This document shows positions 25,600 to 37,869 of a DNA stretch of 64,000 nt, piece after piece. Every line of letters starts with the position of its first letter. Positions within the stretch are counted from its first letter, which is position 1. The stretch comes from Strigamia acuminata (Eukaryota), in NCBI GenBank assembly GCA_949358305.1, contig OX442314.1, positions 7,998,001-8,062,000 of the forward strand, given 5' to 3'. The notes beneath the pieces are model-generated. The model had not been told where the DNA came from, made no database searches, and saw only the letters and a program-made list of their open reading frames with translations. The translations under genes and the position numbers were made by a program.

Positions 25600-28500
25600 T
25601 CACCAGATCCTACTCCGATACCAATTATAAGTGTTTAAAATCCAAATATACAACGACAGTAATGACATTCCCAAACCTAATCCTACAATGCTACCGACAT
25701 CGCTTAGCAAATGAGATATTGGATATGCCTGTTGCTCTTCTATAATCTCGAAGAAAGTATCAGGAAATTGAACAACTATATATGTTACAGTAGATTTAAA
25801 TAGTAATTTAGTCCCATGTAAACTAATTCTGTAAAAATTGTTTATGCACGGCAGTCTACATTTGCATTGTTTTTGATTTGCGTCAAAAGCCTTTAAGTAC
25901 ATTAAATGAGCCGTAGTGATTTCCTTTGTCGTGTTACAAACTGGTAAATTCGATCTCCAAAAATAAGGTAATCTGAAACAAACAGCAATTTTGGATTGGA
26001 ATCGGATATTGGAATTGGAATTGGAAATCTGATTAGGATGTTGGAAGTTAAGAGAGTGATTTAAGATAATTTAATGATAAACTTGTGTCTACTTCAGAAA
26101 ATTGCGATTTTTTTAAAAAATTTTAGTACAAAAGATTTGAGGAGTAGTCATTTTTAGACTAAATAAATGCTGCTCTACAAGTTTACAATTGGAAATTTCT
26201 GTCTATCTCTAATGGTTTCCAAGATAATTTTCAATGACCTTGATGGAACATCCCAAGGCCAAATTTTGGGTCATTGAAAAATTGCCCCACCCAACTTTAA
26301 TATTTCACCATCATTGGATTAAATGCATTGTCAGCACTTTCAGAAATATTTCGTAGAGTTACAGATTTTTTTAACCATCCTGTATAAAAAGAAAACATTT
26401 AACTTAAGATGACTAAGATAAGTTGGATAGTACTAATTTGATGATGCTCTACAACTTTGTAATTGACTTTTTTGCTCTAACTTGATTGGTTTAGAAGTTA
26501 GCAAGTGAATAACCTTGAAAATGGCCTTCAAGGTCAAATTTGATGACATCATTGGATTGCTCTCACCCAACTTCCTATACGATCGCTTCATCAAAGTTGG
26601 CCTAGATGCAATTGCTGAGGAAATATTTGAGGGGAACAGACTTTTGTTTCACCCTGTATAAGCTTATTTGTTTAACTTCTTATTTTTAGATAAATGTAAT
26701 CATATTATTCAGTAATTTTAAAGTTAATAAAGATGTTCATTCATTTTAAACTATTTGTTCATTATTGCTGTATTACATTTTTACCCCTAGACATTAATTT
26801 AACAGTCAAATTCAAAGTGAAATATATGAACACAGCATACCTGCAGTTTAAAGTTTTGACGAAATCCTTTTTCATGCAAGCATTTTTACACTTGAAATAA
26901 GTATTTTTGTTCTCTTCACATGGATTACGCTTTGTATTTCTTCGTATAGTCTATTTCACACAATGAAAGCACATTAGTACATATTTACCAGGCAAGTACC
27001 ACATTCCTTCGAAGAAGAGGCTTTTATTCAAAACTGCAATCGTTCACCGCAACTTTGATTTCCGTTTTTAAAAAAAAAATATAATATTTTTGTGTATTTA
27101 ATGTAACGAACGTAACGTACGTTGAACTTTTGTTGCATTACATACAAAAAAATACCGTATTGTCACAATAATACGGTATTTTGCTCTCTCAGCCGTGGAT
27201 CTTAGTCGAGGGCGACTCTTGATCGAAGGAAAAGGGTATGTACAATATCTTTAATTTACTACCTTAACTGGTCGAAGAGTAACCATGTTTCCCGATTGAT
27301 ACTCTAAAGCCAAAGGTGTCACAATGTTAACTTCTTCTTCCAGGTTATTTAGGAAAACCTGAATATTAGTATAATTTAAACTTAGGTCTGTATACTGTAC
27401 ATGGTGTCTGATTATATTGTTAGGAAACGAGGTTTAACTAAATTAAATGGTGTTGTGGTACCTTTAGATTTTGGTCACAGACTTTTGAAAGAGATATATT
27501 TCTTAATTTAAGTAGAAGCTGAGCATCTCGAATGACTGATTTTTCTGAAAAGCATTTGAAAATCATAATTTGAAATGGCTTGTGAATTCTTAGAAATTAG
27601 ATTTGTAAATTACCTGCATTTATTCGTGTGCAGTTACCAAAAGGAAGTGAAATAGGATGCTTTGATGCGTTTAATGCTAATTTATATCCATAATGATACT
27701 AGAAAAACAATAATTTTCATTCTTCTATTTTTGTAAATTTACAGTACCATACTTATGTATACTGTATACCTCATTATCGATTTCAATTTTCTCATGAATA
27801 TTCAGTGTGTCCCATATTTCTGCCAGTGACAATTTGTTGTTGAACAATTGCCAGGGCGATATTTCATTACAAGTTTTCTTGGAGTGTTTCAGTAAGTGCA
27901 ATCTGGCTTCGTCCACGCCATCATTTTGTTGTTCGCCACATAGCGTAATTGACCGAAATTCTGTGTAGCGACGTTGATCTATTCTAACCATCTTTGTAAC
28001 CGGTTCATCAATGTAGTAGTTAAAACGAATGTGCAAGCAATATAATGTGAATCCTACGATCACAAATACCAACACAAACTTAAGTTTTTTTAAGACACCA
28101 AATGTCATGGTTTGCTCTTCATTCTCAATAACTTTCTTCTTGCATGTTTCGTACAAATAGTGGATCTTATAAATGGATCTTTTTTGGTGAATGTTAGTTG
28201 CAACATAATATAAATACCAAGTGATTTCAGGTAATGAAATTAATGATAGACCGAAAAACAGACCCAAGTTGCCTCCTAAATCTGACAGTAAAGCAATAAC
28301 GTCATAGATGTACCGTTCTTCAAACACACTGATTTTCTCATTAGTTATTGCTAAAGACACAGATATACTATTTTTATTGTCGCCTGTGCCTGTATCGGTA
28401 GATGGTGTAAACGTTATTTGATGACACGGACGTCGACATGGACATGAAGAAATTGGGTGAGTGGTGTCAATTACTTCACGCGCTCTACCGTATTGCACGA

Positions 28501-29721
28501 GTGTGTTGTTTGAACATTTACATAGTGGTAAATCTGTTTTTGTAAAGGGGAATCTTGCACAAAAAAAATTAAATGACGATTTATTTGGTTCTTGGTGTAC
28601 TAGTAACACCATCATAGTCTTACCTGCATGTTAGATGCTCTTTAAATTTTTTGGTTAGACAACTCCGATAGCATTCTCTAAATTTGTCTTCACTGGAGCA
28701 TTTATTTGTAGGTGAATTAAGAAATATGAACTAAAAAATAAAAATCAAATTAAATGGTGTCTAGTGGTTTTATAATTTTGGATAAAATTTTACTTTGTTA
28801 TAACTGAAATAAATTTTTGATGTTCCACCCAAAAATTGCACTCCTGGGCAATAGTGTTTCCCAAAATTATTGAACGCAAGGAAAAGCTAAGAATGAAAAG
28901 AAAACAAAATGAATAATAATTACAACCGTAATTATTGAAATTACCCAATGTGGCGCTGTAGGACAAATGTGATCATAATTTTTTTCCATTTTTACTGTCA
29001 GTACTTGTCCAACAAATGAGTCGCTAGAAGCTTTTGCTATGTAAATCGATGATAAAGTCTATTAAGTAGAAGGTGCTAAATATTGTGTGTGTAGTTACGT
29101 AATTGAATTGTCGAGCACATTCCTAATTCATAGCCAATTTCAATCAGAACAATTGATTTGTTTGAATTTCTATATCCCTGTAAAAATAAATTAGAATTTT
29201 TTCTTTCGATTTTTAAATACTTTTTTCTTTTATCTCTTTACTTTTAATTTGACGCTCACTATGTCGTTCGTCAAATTAGTCGCTTTCCAAAGTTCGTCCA
29301 CATTGTAAGTTGGGGTTGCCAAAAAGGTTTTCATCATGTGAAAGCATTCCCTGATTTGAGGTTTGAGGTTTACATGAGTTTTATTCCAAAGACTGGCCAT
29401 TTCTTTCGTATCACTATTGCATATCATCAAGTTTGGTAGTTCGACATCTTCCGATCTACTCGTTACATCAACAACTGTTGGATAACTTAAGTAATACATT
29501 ATCCTATCGCAACTCTGATAAGTGAGCAAGCACGAGCAAAATGAGAATAAAAGTAGCCAAAAGGTGTGATGCTTTGTCCAACGTCTTCTACTGCTTACGA
29601 AATCATCCAAACCGTCTAACTTGCATCGAAGTTTATTTTCATCCTCCTCCAGCAATCGGTGAATTTCCGAACGAATTTCAAATCTTTCCCTCCATCTTTT
29701 TACCAAACAATTGTTCTGCAT
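25600..29721 (-). CDS. Double-domain DEG/ENaC (ASIC/pickpocket-like) channel, copy C, intact, about 793 aa
   Basis: 11 GT-AG exons: 29242-29721, 29099-29177, 28945-29036, 28794-28886, 28624-28730, 27770-28553, 27614-27698, 27462-27544, 27263-27358, 26841-26950, 25600-25972. They total 2382 nt in an open frame. Two TM1/Cys-rich ECD/TM2 sets. An alternative upstream ATG lies at 29745. Confidence 0.9.
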
Positions 29722-30719
29722 TGTATCTGTTACCTCCATGTACATAATTCAAACTATGGTACTAGTGGATGTCACTGTAAGGCCAATTGATATCTTGTAA
29801 ATAACTTGTACATACTTACTCCGTACGGCGACTATTCATCGCGCGACCACTCATTGCGTAGTCTTTTACCTGTGTGAAAAAGTACTGCAAATTATTTGTT
29901 GACTACCAGCACTGAGTTTAGAATTGATTTGGTGACTACCAGCACATTGACTCTTCTCTTTTGTTTGCAATTAATTTTTATTCCCATAGTAACCCTTTGT
30001 TTAATGACTATTGATTCACACATTACCCATTAACGTGTCTGATGAGTAAAAGACAGCAAAATTGGATTTTTGCACTGTGTATAATTATTCACAGCAAATC
30101 TTTTGTGCAGAAAATTTAATCAGTTAGTATTTGTAAAGGCCTTTTAATTATTTAAATGCGCATTATATGAGAAGCATTAAATATTCACTAAATAAATGTT
30201 GCAGGAATTGGCAATTATTTAAAATGATTAATAAAGGATTTTATAAATGCAAATGAGTGAATGTAAACCTATTAGCATAGACACATTTAAATGCATTATA
30301 TAAAAAGCAAGTTACTTTAATTAAATAAGTATAATTGCAAATAAACTCATATTTACAGAGCTTTACATTTGAAGCAATAATAGAACTTAAACATCAATTA
30401 ATAACTAATAATTCTATATGAGAAAATATAATCATTAAATAACTCTAAGTAGAAAAATCTAACTAAACAATTTAATGTTAAAGAATATCTGAGGAGTTAT
30501 TTCTATATCATCATACCCAAATAATAAATAATTTAATAAATTTAATAAAGTAATTTAACATGCAAGCAATAAATATAAATATAAATTAATTAAGCTAACA
30601 CAAAACTAAAATTCAAATATCGCGCACATTTCAGAGAAGCAAACATTCGTTTGTTCAACGTTTAGTGAACGTTCACAGTTCTGACCAATGTCCGTCTTCC
30701 GTATGAATTACATTTCCTG

Positions 30720-30727
30720 TATATAAG
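30720..30727 (+). promoter_or_regulatory. Candidate TATA box of the cullin copy
   Basis: TATATAAG about 85 nt upstream of the ATG at 30808. Confidence 0.45.
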
Positions 30728-30807
30728 CTGCAGATTTCAGCGTTACAATCATCAATCATCCTAGCAGCTTCGAATCGTGGTTGTAGTAACCAATTTATTC
30801 GTTTACA

Positions 30808-32160
30808 ATGCAAACTCCAGCCGAAAAGGATTTCGAATTCATTTGCGAGATAAGTTTAAAGCTTTTGCTAGGAAAATCACTTACTGTTAACGAATGGAAC
30901 GATCTATTTTCCACCGTGCACACACTCACGACACGGGACGAAAATCAAAAAGAACTAATCTACCTCGCGCTACAAAAGCAAATTTTATCGACCATCGAGC
31001 GCTTGCAAGCAAAATTACCGACGGAATGCGAACCGGACGTCTACCTAAAAGCATACACCGACGAATGGAAATCATTTTTCCTCCTTTGCCAACGTTATTC
31101 CTTACCGTTTGTAAAATTGGAATCGAAAGTACTTGACGGTTGTGACAGGTACAACGTTTGTAATCTCATGCTGCAGAGTTGGAATGAAAGTATTTTTTCG
31201 GACAAGAAGGAACACATCCACAAAAGCGTTATGAAGTTAATCGAAGCGGAGAGAAACGGCCAGACGTGTGATCCGCAGCTAATAATTGGAATCCGCGAGT
31301 CTTATGTAAATTTATGCACTACTCCCAAAGACAGTTTATCCCTTTATCGGGAGTTTTTTGAGAAAGCGTACTTCGAAGACACTCGGGCGTTTTATGGGAC
31401 CAATGCGCAGGAGTATCTGAGGGTCAACGGAGTCGAGAATTACATGAAATATGCCGATATACGACTCAGCGAAGAGATTAGGCGGGCGGAGAAATATTTG
31501 GACGCGAGTTCGCGTCAAGAATTGACTAAAATCTGCGGCGATGTTTTGGTGTTTCCGGTCAAGGAAGTCGTTTTAGCGGAGTGTGGGGCAATGATCAAGC
31601 GCAACGATATTGACAATCTTCTACGAATGTTTCATCTGTTGAATCTCGTGCCCGAATGTATTCCACCTATGCTCGTCGAGTTGGAGGAATGTATCGTCAA
31701 AGCTGGTTTGGCGGAGATGGTTGCGGGAGCTGAAACGATCGTTCAGGATTCCGAGAAATACGTGCAACAACTACTTGATCTCTTCAATCGGTCTAGCGAA
31801 TTAGTCGAGAAAGCTTTTGAAAATAATTCGAGATTTCTTTCGGCGAGAGATAAAGCGTTCAAGAGAATTGTCAACGGCACTGCGATTTTTAATTTGGAAC
31901 TTGCGTCCAGGACAAAAACTCAGCCGGAGTCGAAATGTTCCGAGTTGTTGGCCAATTTCTGCGTCAAGTTGTTGAGTAAGACGAGTGTGAGTAAGAAACT
32001 GACCTCGGAGATCGTCGAAAGCAGATTTAAAGGAGTGCTGTTATTGCTGAAGTATGTGCAAAACGAAGATGTGTCCATGATTCGCTTACAGTTGCACCTG
32101 ACGAGACGCTTGATTTTGGAAAATTTGGCGGACAACGACATGGAGAATATGGTCGGTTAG
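30808..32160 (+). CDS. CUL5: Intronless, C-terminally truncated cullin-5-like protein (probable retrocopy)
   Basis: CUL5-specific motifs: AERNGQTCDPQLIIGIRESYVNL, DSEKYVQQLLDLFNR, TQPESKCSELLANFC, HLTRRLIL. The TAG falls at the conserved W of 'MVEWLREVGMPA' and homology continues as LRDVGMPA. AATAAA at 32306. Confidence 0.88.
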   Translation: MQTPAEKDFEFICEISLKLLLGKSLTVNEWNDLFSTVHTLTTRDENQKELIYLALQKQILSTIERLQAKLPTECEPDVYLKAYTDEWKSFFLLCQRYSLPFVKLESKVLDGCDRYNVCNLMLQSWNESIFSDKKEHIHKSVMKLIEAERNGQTCDPQLIIGIRESYVNLCTTPKDSLSLYREFFEKAYFEDTRAFYGTNAQEYLRVNGVENYMKYADIRLSEEIRRAEKYLDASSRQELTKICGDVLVFPVKEVVLAECGAMIKRNDIDNLLRMFHLLNLVPECIPPMLVELEECIVKAGLAEMVAGAETIVQDSEKYVQQLLDLFNRSSELVEKAFENNSRFLSARDKAFKRIVNGTAIFNLELASRTKTQPESKCSELLANFCVKLLSKTSVSKKLTSEIVESRFKGVLLLLKYVQNEDVSMIRLQLHLTRRLILENLADNDMENMVG

Positions 32161-33403
32161 TTGAGAGATGTGGGAATGCCGGCCGGAAAGCCCAGAAAAG
32201 CCATTCAGATTTCGCCAGAAGTGAATTATTAGTAAAAATGTGTCATTTTTTTCCTAAAAAATTTTTTAAAAATTGTTTATTTTAATTGTGGTACTAATAA
32301 TTATAAATAAATAATTGATCTATTCAACACTTCTTGTCTTTTACCATAAACAATCTTTTAAGGCAAATTAAAATGTTGGTGCAAAGAACTTGTTTTTGTA
32401 ATTTTCATCGTGTTTCAAACAGTCTACAACTTTTTCTTTTAACAGTTGTATATCGTTTATTTTCCTTAGATATTTTTCGTAATTTCGAATTTTTATGCGT
32501 GCTGTGTTGCAGGGAAGTTTTTAAGGAGGAGTTTGTTATTGCAATGCGATTTTATCTTTGCGCACTGTAATAAATCTCAGAATTGACACGTGGTAAAGTC
32601 ATTACAGATTTTATATTCCCCAAAACGAAACCAAAACTATCAAAAACATCCTACAAAGCAACAAAATGCACTAAAAACACACAATAAAAAACTAACAAAA
32701 ACATCCTACACTAAAAACACCAAAGCAACAACAAAAACAAAATTGATTTTTTAAATCACATCTTTGTAGTTGCCGTTTTATGACTTTTTGCTGACATAAC
32801 ATACCGGTATTCTTGTACTTGAATAACTTTACGAAAACCATATTTAATGGTCTTCTTTGTGGTCAAATCGACAACCCATTCTCAAATTCTGACGACTCTT
32901 ATACCAACTATAACTGTTTAAAATGCAAATGTAGAATGACAGCAATGACATTCCCAGACCTAATCCTACAATGCTACCGACATCGCTTAGCAATTGAGAC
33001 AGCGGATATTTCTCTTGCTCTTCCATAGTCTCTACGAAGTCATCAGATAATCTAATAACTAGGAATGTTATAACATTTAATGCATATTTATTCCCATGCA
33101 TGGTAGTTCTGTAAAAACTGTTTTCGCAAGGTTGTTTACATTTGCATTGTTTTCGTTTTGACTCAAAATTATTGAAGTACGTTAAATGAGCAATGGTAAT
33201 TTCCTTTGTTGTGTTACAAGATGGTGTGAGAATGATTAGACAACCGTTAGGCTTGAATGTCGTAACTAGACTGCTTGATTCATGATTGTTGCATATAGAA
33301 CCGATCTTGACCAGAACTGGCCGCCAGAGGGAGCTATCGCTCACACGACCCCTCCAACAAGATTGTCGTCCCCGACAATTATTATTACAAAACACTAGAT
33401 AAA

Positions 33404-35284
33404 TTATTTTCGTAGCTCGCTGGTCCCATGTTTTCCGTCTGATTGGCTTGCGCCACCATGCCAAACTTGGTTTGTTCCCCTTCGTGAATATTCATGGCTC
33501 GATTCGAATCCATTCACCTCGATCTCATCGTATTTCTCGTCGTACTCCTCGCCTTTCTCGTCGTATTCCTCGCCTTTCTCGTAATTCGCATCAACTTCGT
33601 CTGAACTAGCATCAACTTTGTTCGAATTCGTATTAAACTCTAGTTTCATCTTGCCTTCATCCATCTTCGACCTGTCCTCTTCCAATTTCGCCTCATTCGC
33701 ATCTCGATTCGTCTTATTTCTATCTTGATTCGTTTTAGTCGCATCTCGCTTCATCTCAGTCACATCTCGATTTACTTCATCCGCATCTCGATCTACTTCG
33801 TCCGCATCTCGACCCACTTCGTCCGCATCTCGATTTATTTCGCTCTTTTCGTCAAAATCGTTTTCGTTCTTGTCATCATTAGGTGCGTTCAATCTGCTAG
33901 TCGAAAGTCACTTAACTGACTTAACTGACTTTCAGAGGGCGGAAGTGACGATAATTACGTCACATTTTCACCAAGTAAAGTCACCTAAGTGACTTTCAGA
34001 AAAGTAACTGGAAAGTTCCTTTTCCACCTTTTAAAAGTGACTTATGTGCGTGCGCATGCGCATTGCACATTTAACAAATACAGTGGCAGCCATTTTGTTC
34101 TCGATGAACACGGTAAATTCACACGTGTGGCACACGGTAAATATACGTGTGGCACACGGTAAATATACGTGTGGCACACGGTAAATATACGTGTGGCACA
34201 CGGTAAATATACGTGTGGCACACGGTAGATTCACGTGTGGCACACGGTAAATTCACACGTGTGGCACACGCTAAATTCACGTGTGGCAATGCACGGTAAA
34301 TTCACGATAAATTCACGGTAAATTCACGATAAATTCACGGTAAATTCACGGTAAATTCACGGTAAATTCACGGTAAATTTGGCAAATTCATGGTAAATTC
34401 GGCAAATTCACGGTAAATGGAAATGGAAGTCTGGTGGTAAGTAAGTGCATTCAATGAAAAGTGACTTTGAGGAAAGTAAGGAAAGTGAAAGTCACTTCTT
34501 CTAACACAGATTGAACGCACCTATTGTCTATTTCTTCTTTTTCATCTAATTCTTCGTTGTTCTCGCCAAAGTCGTTGATTCGCGCATCGTCATTGCTGCT
34601 ACACGCATCACCATCGCTATCCAACGCGTCAATTTCACCGCTCCACCCATCAAATTCTAGTTTTATTGCATTTTTAACCAATTTCGTCTTGTCCTCGTCC
34701 ACTTTCGTCTCGTCTTCGCCTACGTCCACTTTTGTCTCGTCTACGTCCACTTTCGTCTCGTCCTCATCTACGTCCACTTTCGTCTCGTCTTCGTCTACGT
34801 CCACTTTCGTCTCGTCCTCGGTCTCCTGCTGCAAAATTGCCGCGTTTCGCGCGACCATCTGCTGCGTCAACGCCGCCATTTGCTGAACCAGCGCGTCCAC
34901 CGAAAAACTCGGCCCAGCTTCAGATTTGGTGTTCTCGAACATCCGCTGCATCAACGCCGCCATTTGCTGCAAAATTGCCGCGTTTCGCGCGTCCATCTGC
35001 TGCATCAACGCCGCATGATTACGAGCGCTATCCGCTGCTTCACGTCTCTTCTCCTGCTCCTGCCGAAATTTCTCCAATGCAATTTGTTCTTCCTCCCGAT
35101 CCGCCAACTCCTGATCTTCGTTATCCAACCGCAACCATATCAAAATCGACGACCGATCCAGATCCGTCGTGTCCCAACTTCGCCGATCCGCCTCCGCCTT
35201 TAAAACTGGATACGAAAATTGCCCCAACACGTCTCTATTGCACGACCTAAGCAGCATGTTCAATTCGCCTGACATAGTCTCCAC
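33404..35284 (-). CDS. Single ORF of the short-LTR element (about 411 aa reconstructed), split by a MITE
   Basis: 34523-35284 and 33404-33877 join in frame (EEIDN|DDKNEND). Helical N-terminal part, then acidic repeats (DETKVDV, RDADEV). Confidence 0.7.
33881..34522. mobile_element. MITE with 3-bp ATT TSD and internal 22-bp and 11-bp tandem repeats
   Basis: TIR AGGTGCGTTCAATCTG...CAGATTGAACGCACCT; CACGGTAAAT-based repeats at about 34108-34420. Confidence 0.88.
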
Positions 35285-37869
35285 AGTAGCTTGATTCTTT
35301 CCAACTTTGTCAACTTCTTTCCGTTATCTCCACGTGTCTTTAACGCAAATTTCCGAAACTTCCTTCTTTCTTTGTTTCCTTCGTCTTTGTCTCCAATTCG
35401 AACGTTATCTGCACGTGTTCTACGTATAACGCACGTCGTCTCCGTCTCCAATTCTCCGAAACTTTTCTGTTTCCTTCGTCTCCGTCTCCAAATTTCTCCG
35501 CAACTCGATTTTCGACAATGTTAAGCCCACGCGCTCTTCATCCAAATCGCCGTCATCAACTTCCAACTTCAACTTGCAACTAATTTCAACTCCTCAACAA
35601 CGTTTCAACTTTTCAACTACTTCTTCCCCAAGATCCTTTTTTTCGTCGACTGTGCCATGTGAGAATGATTAGACAACCGTTAGGCTTGAATGTCGTAACT
35701 AGACTGCTTGATTCATGATTGTTGCATATAGAACCGATCTTGACCAGAACTGGCCGCCAGAGGGAGCTATCGCTCACAGATGGCAAATTAGACATCTCTG
35801 CATAAGGCAATCTGAAACAAACAGTTGTATGGTAATATTCACAAAAGCAACCTCAGTAGGAAACAGAAAAGGCTAAGTATTTTCAAACAACAAATATTAT
35901 ACTACTAGTAATATTAACATACCTACAGTTACCGGTTTGAAATAAATTCTTTTTCATGATGCAAGCATTTTTGCACATGTAATAAGTAGATTTGTTTTGT
36001 TCACATGGATTACGCTTTGTATTTCTTTGTATAGTCTATTTCATCAAATGAAGTTTAGTTTAGTATGAGCAGGTGTGTTATTTGTTTAGTTTGTTACCTT
36101 GTATGCACGAAACACTATAGAGGTCACCCATCCATAATTTATAGCCAAAGGTGCCAAAATGTTAACATCATCTTCCAGATTATTCAGGTGTGACGGTTAC
36201 ACTGTCATGCACTTTGCTATTTTTGGACGTTTATTTTATCCATAGATGGCGCTAGTACAATTTAGCGGTAATTTCGAATTTCGGTTATTTTTGAAGGAAT
36301 AAAATATAAATTATCATTTATATTTTATTCTCCCTCAAGTTTAAACAATTATTAAACATTTTTAGATGTGTTAATATTAGCTGATTTGTTTGTCACATAA
36401 TTCTATTGAATTATGTGCAAATTTCACACCTGGTGAAGTCACCATTCACCACCCACTGTGAGTTGGACTCCTTTCGGATTATAGTCAAAGGGACTTAATC
36501 CAAAGTGTGTCCTGCGTATCCAGTTCCTGTAGTGGACCTAGTAGAAGACTATGTCCTGGGTATCCACTTCCTATAGTCTAGGATTGGATGGATTTAGGTG
36601 ACCAGTGATCCCATTGGATCACTGGGCAGCCCATTCTTCACACCGAGCATATATTCCCTTGCAAAACGGATTTGGCTTGCTCTCTTGTTGGTGGTCTGTT
36701 CCTGACACCACTTGAACCGGGTTTGGTGGACTTAGGGCCACTTGGGTGAATTTAGTTCATCTTGTTGCACTTAGGGGCAATGAATAGCTGTAGCTATGGA
36801 AAAGTAACATTTATCTATTTTAATATTCATTCTCAGAATTCCAATACAGGCCGGGTACAAAATACTTGATATTTAGTGTAAGAATCTAGAGTGAGTAGAA
36901 GACTCACAGACACACTGCCCGCCTCTTCATACCAACATTCCGTTGAAGAATTAAATGTAGAATCTAGAGTGAAGCGATTCACAGACGCATTATTGGGGTA
37001 ACCGATGTGGAGTAATTTCCCGGTTACTCTCCCGCCAGCCAGAACCGACGTGGAGTAATTTCCCGGTAATGGATAACCTTTCCTGTGAGAAACTTCTGAT
37101 TCAATTCGTTGTTGGTTTGATGGAACATTTAAGTTTGACTTAGATGTTGATTGCACTCGGGGCAAAAATAGCTCGGCGCTATTTTAATATATTATTTATT
37201 TTCACAGTTTTAGTTAAGTTTGTGACTCTAAAATATCATGATTAATTTCATAGAATTAATATGAATATTTATTCTCACATTGTTACATCTCGCGGTAATT
37301 ATTGATTTCAATAATTATCTGCGATGCGATGTGTGTGACGATACAGAAAAGTCAACCGCACCTCTCGGATATAACCCACCCAGCCTAACCATTTACACGC
37401 CTTTTAGAACCAAACCCCGGACCATTTAGAAGCCAAAGCCATTCATAGATGACATCTTTTACGTCACAGCAATAAGACCGTTACAAATTCTTATTGCATG
37501 ACTGAAGCCTTCAAATGATATTATTTCAGGGCTTTTGCCAAATAACTGTATAGTTTAACTTATCGTTATTTTAGCCACTTGTAGGCATAATATTTATATA
37601 AGTTTCAAACCGGAATAAATGTTATATGTTTTGAGAAAACATCAGGTTTGCATATTTTACACTTTCACACAGATAGTTCACACTTTAGTTTAGCAATTGC
37701 TATCTCCAGAAGGTAATCGTCACACGTGGAGGTTCCACCGAGATAGGTTGCAATTTTTGAAGTGAACTCTGTGATCTAAGTGTAAATTTGAAAAGTGACT
37801 TTTAATTATTCTATGTAAATATTATAATTACAAAGTTTCCGAATTTTTTCCGCAAAAAATTTATCTATA

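Larger units (their letters stand above)
33225..35778 (-). mobile_element. Non-autonomous short-LTR retroelement inserted in the last exon of copy D
   Basis: Apparently identical 121-bp LTRs (33225-33345 and 35658-35778, TGTGAG...CTCACA), 5-bp TSD GATGG, PBS-like TGGCACAGTCG and PPT-like GGAGGGG. No pol. Confidence 0.92.

Noticed and set aside
29037..29098. Apparent shared frameshift or stop in the ENaC copies after 'CST'
   Set aside because: Explained by a GT-AG intron of about 60 nt present in A, C and D.
32844..33464. 206-aa ORF as a standalone gene
   Set aside because: It is a chimera of LTR-element sequence and the last exon of ENaC copy D.
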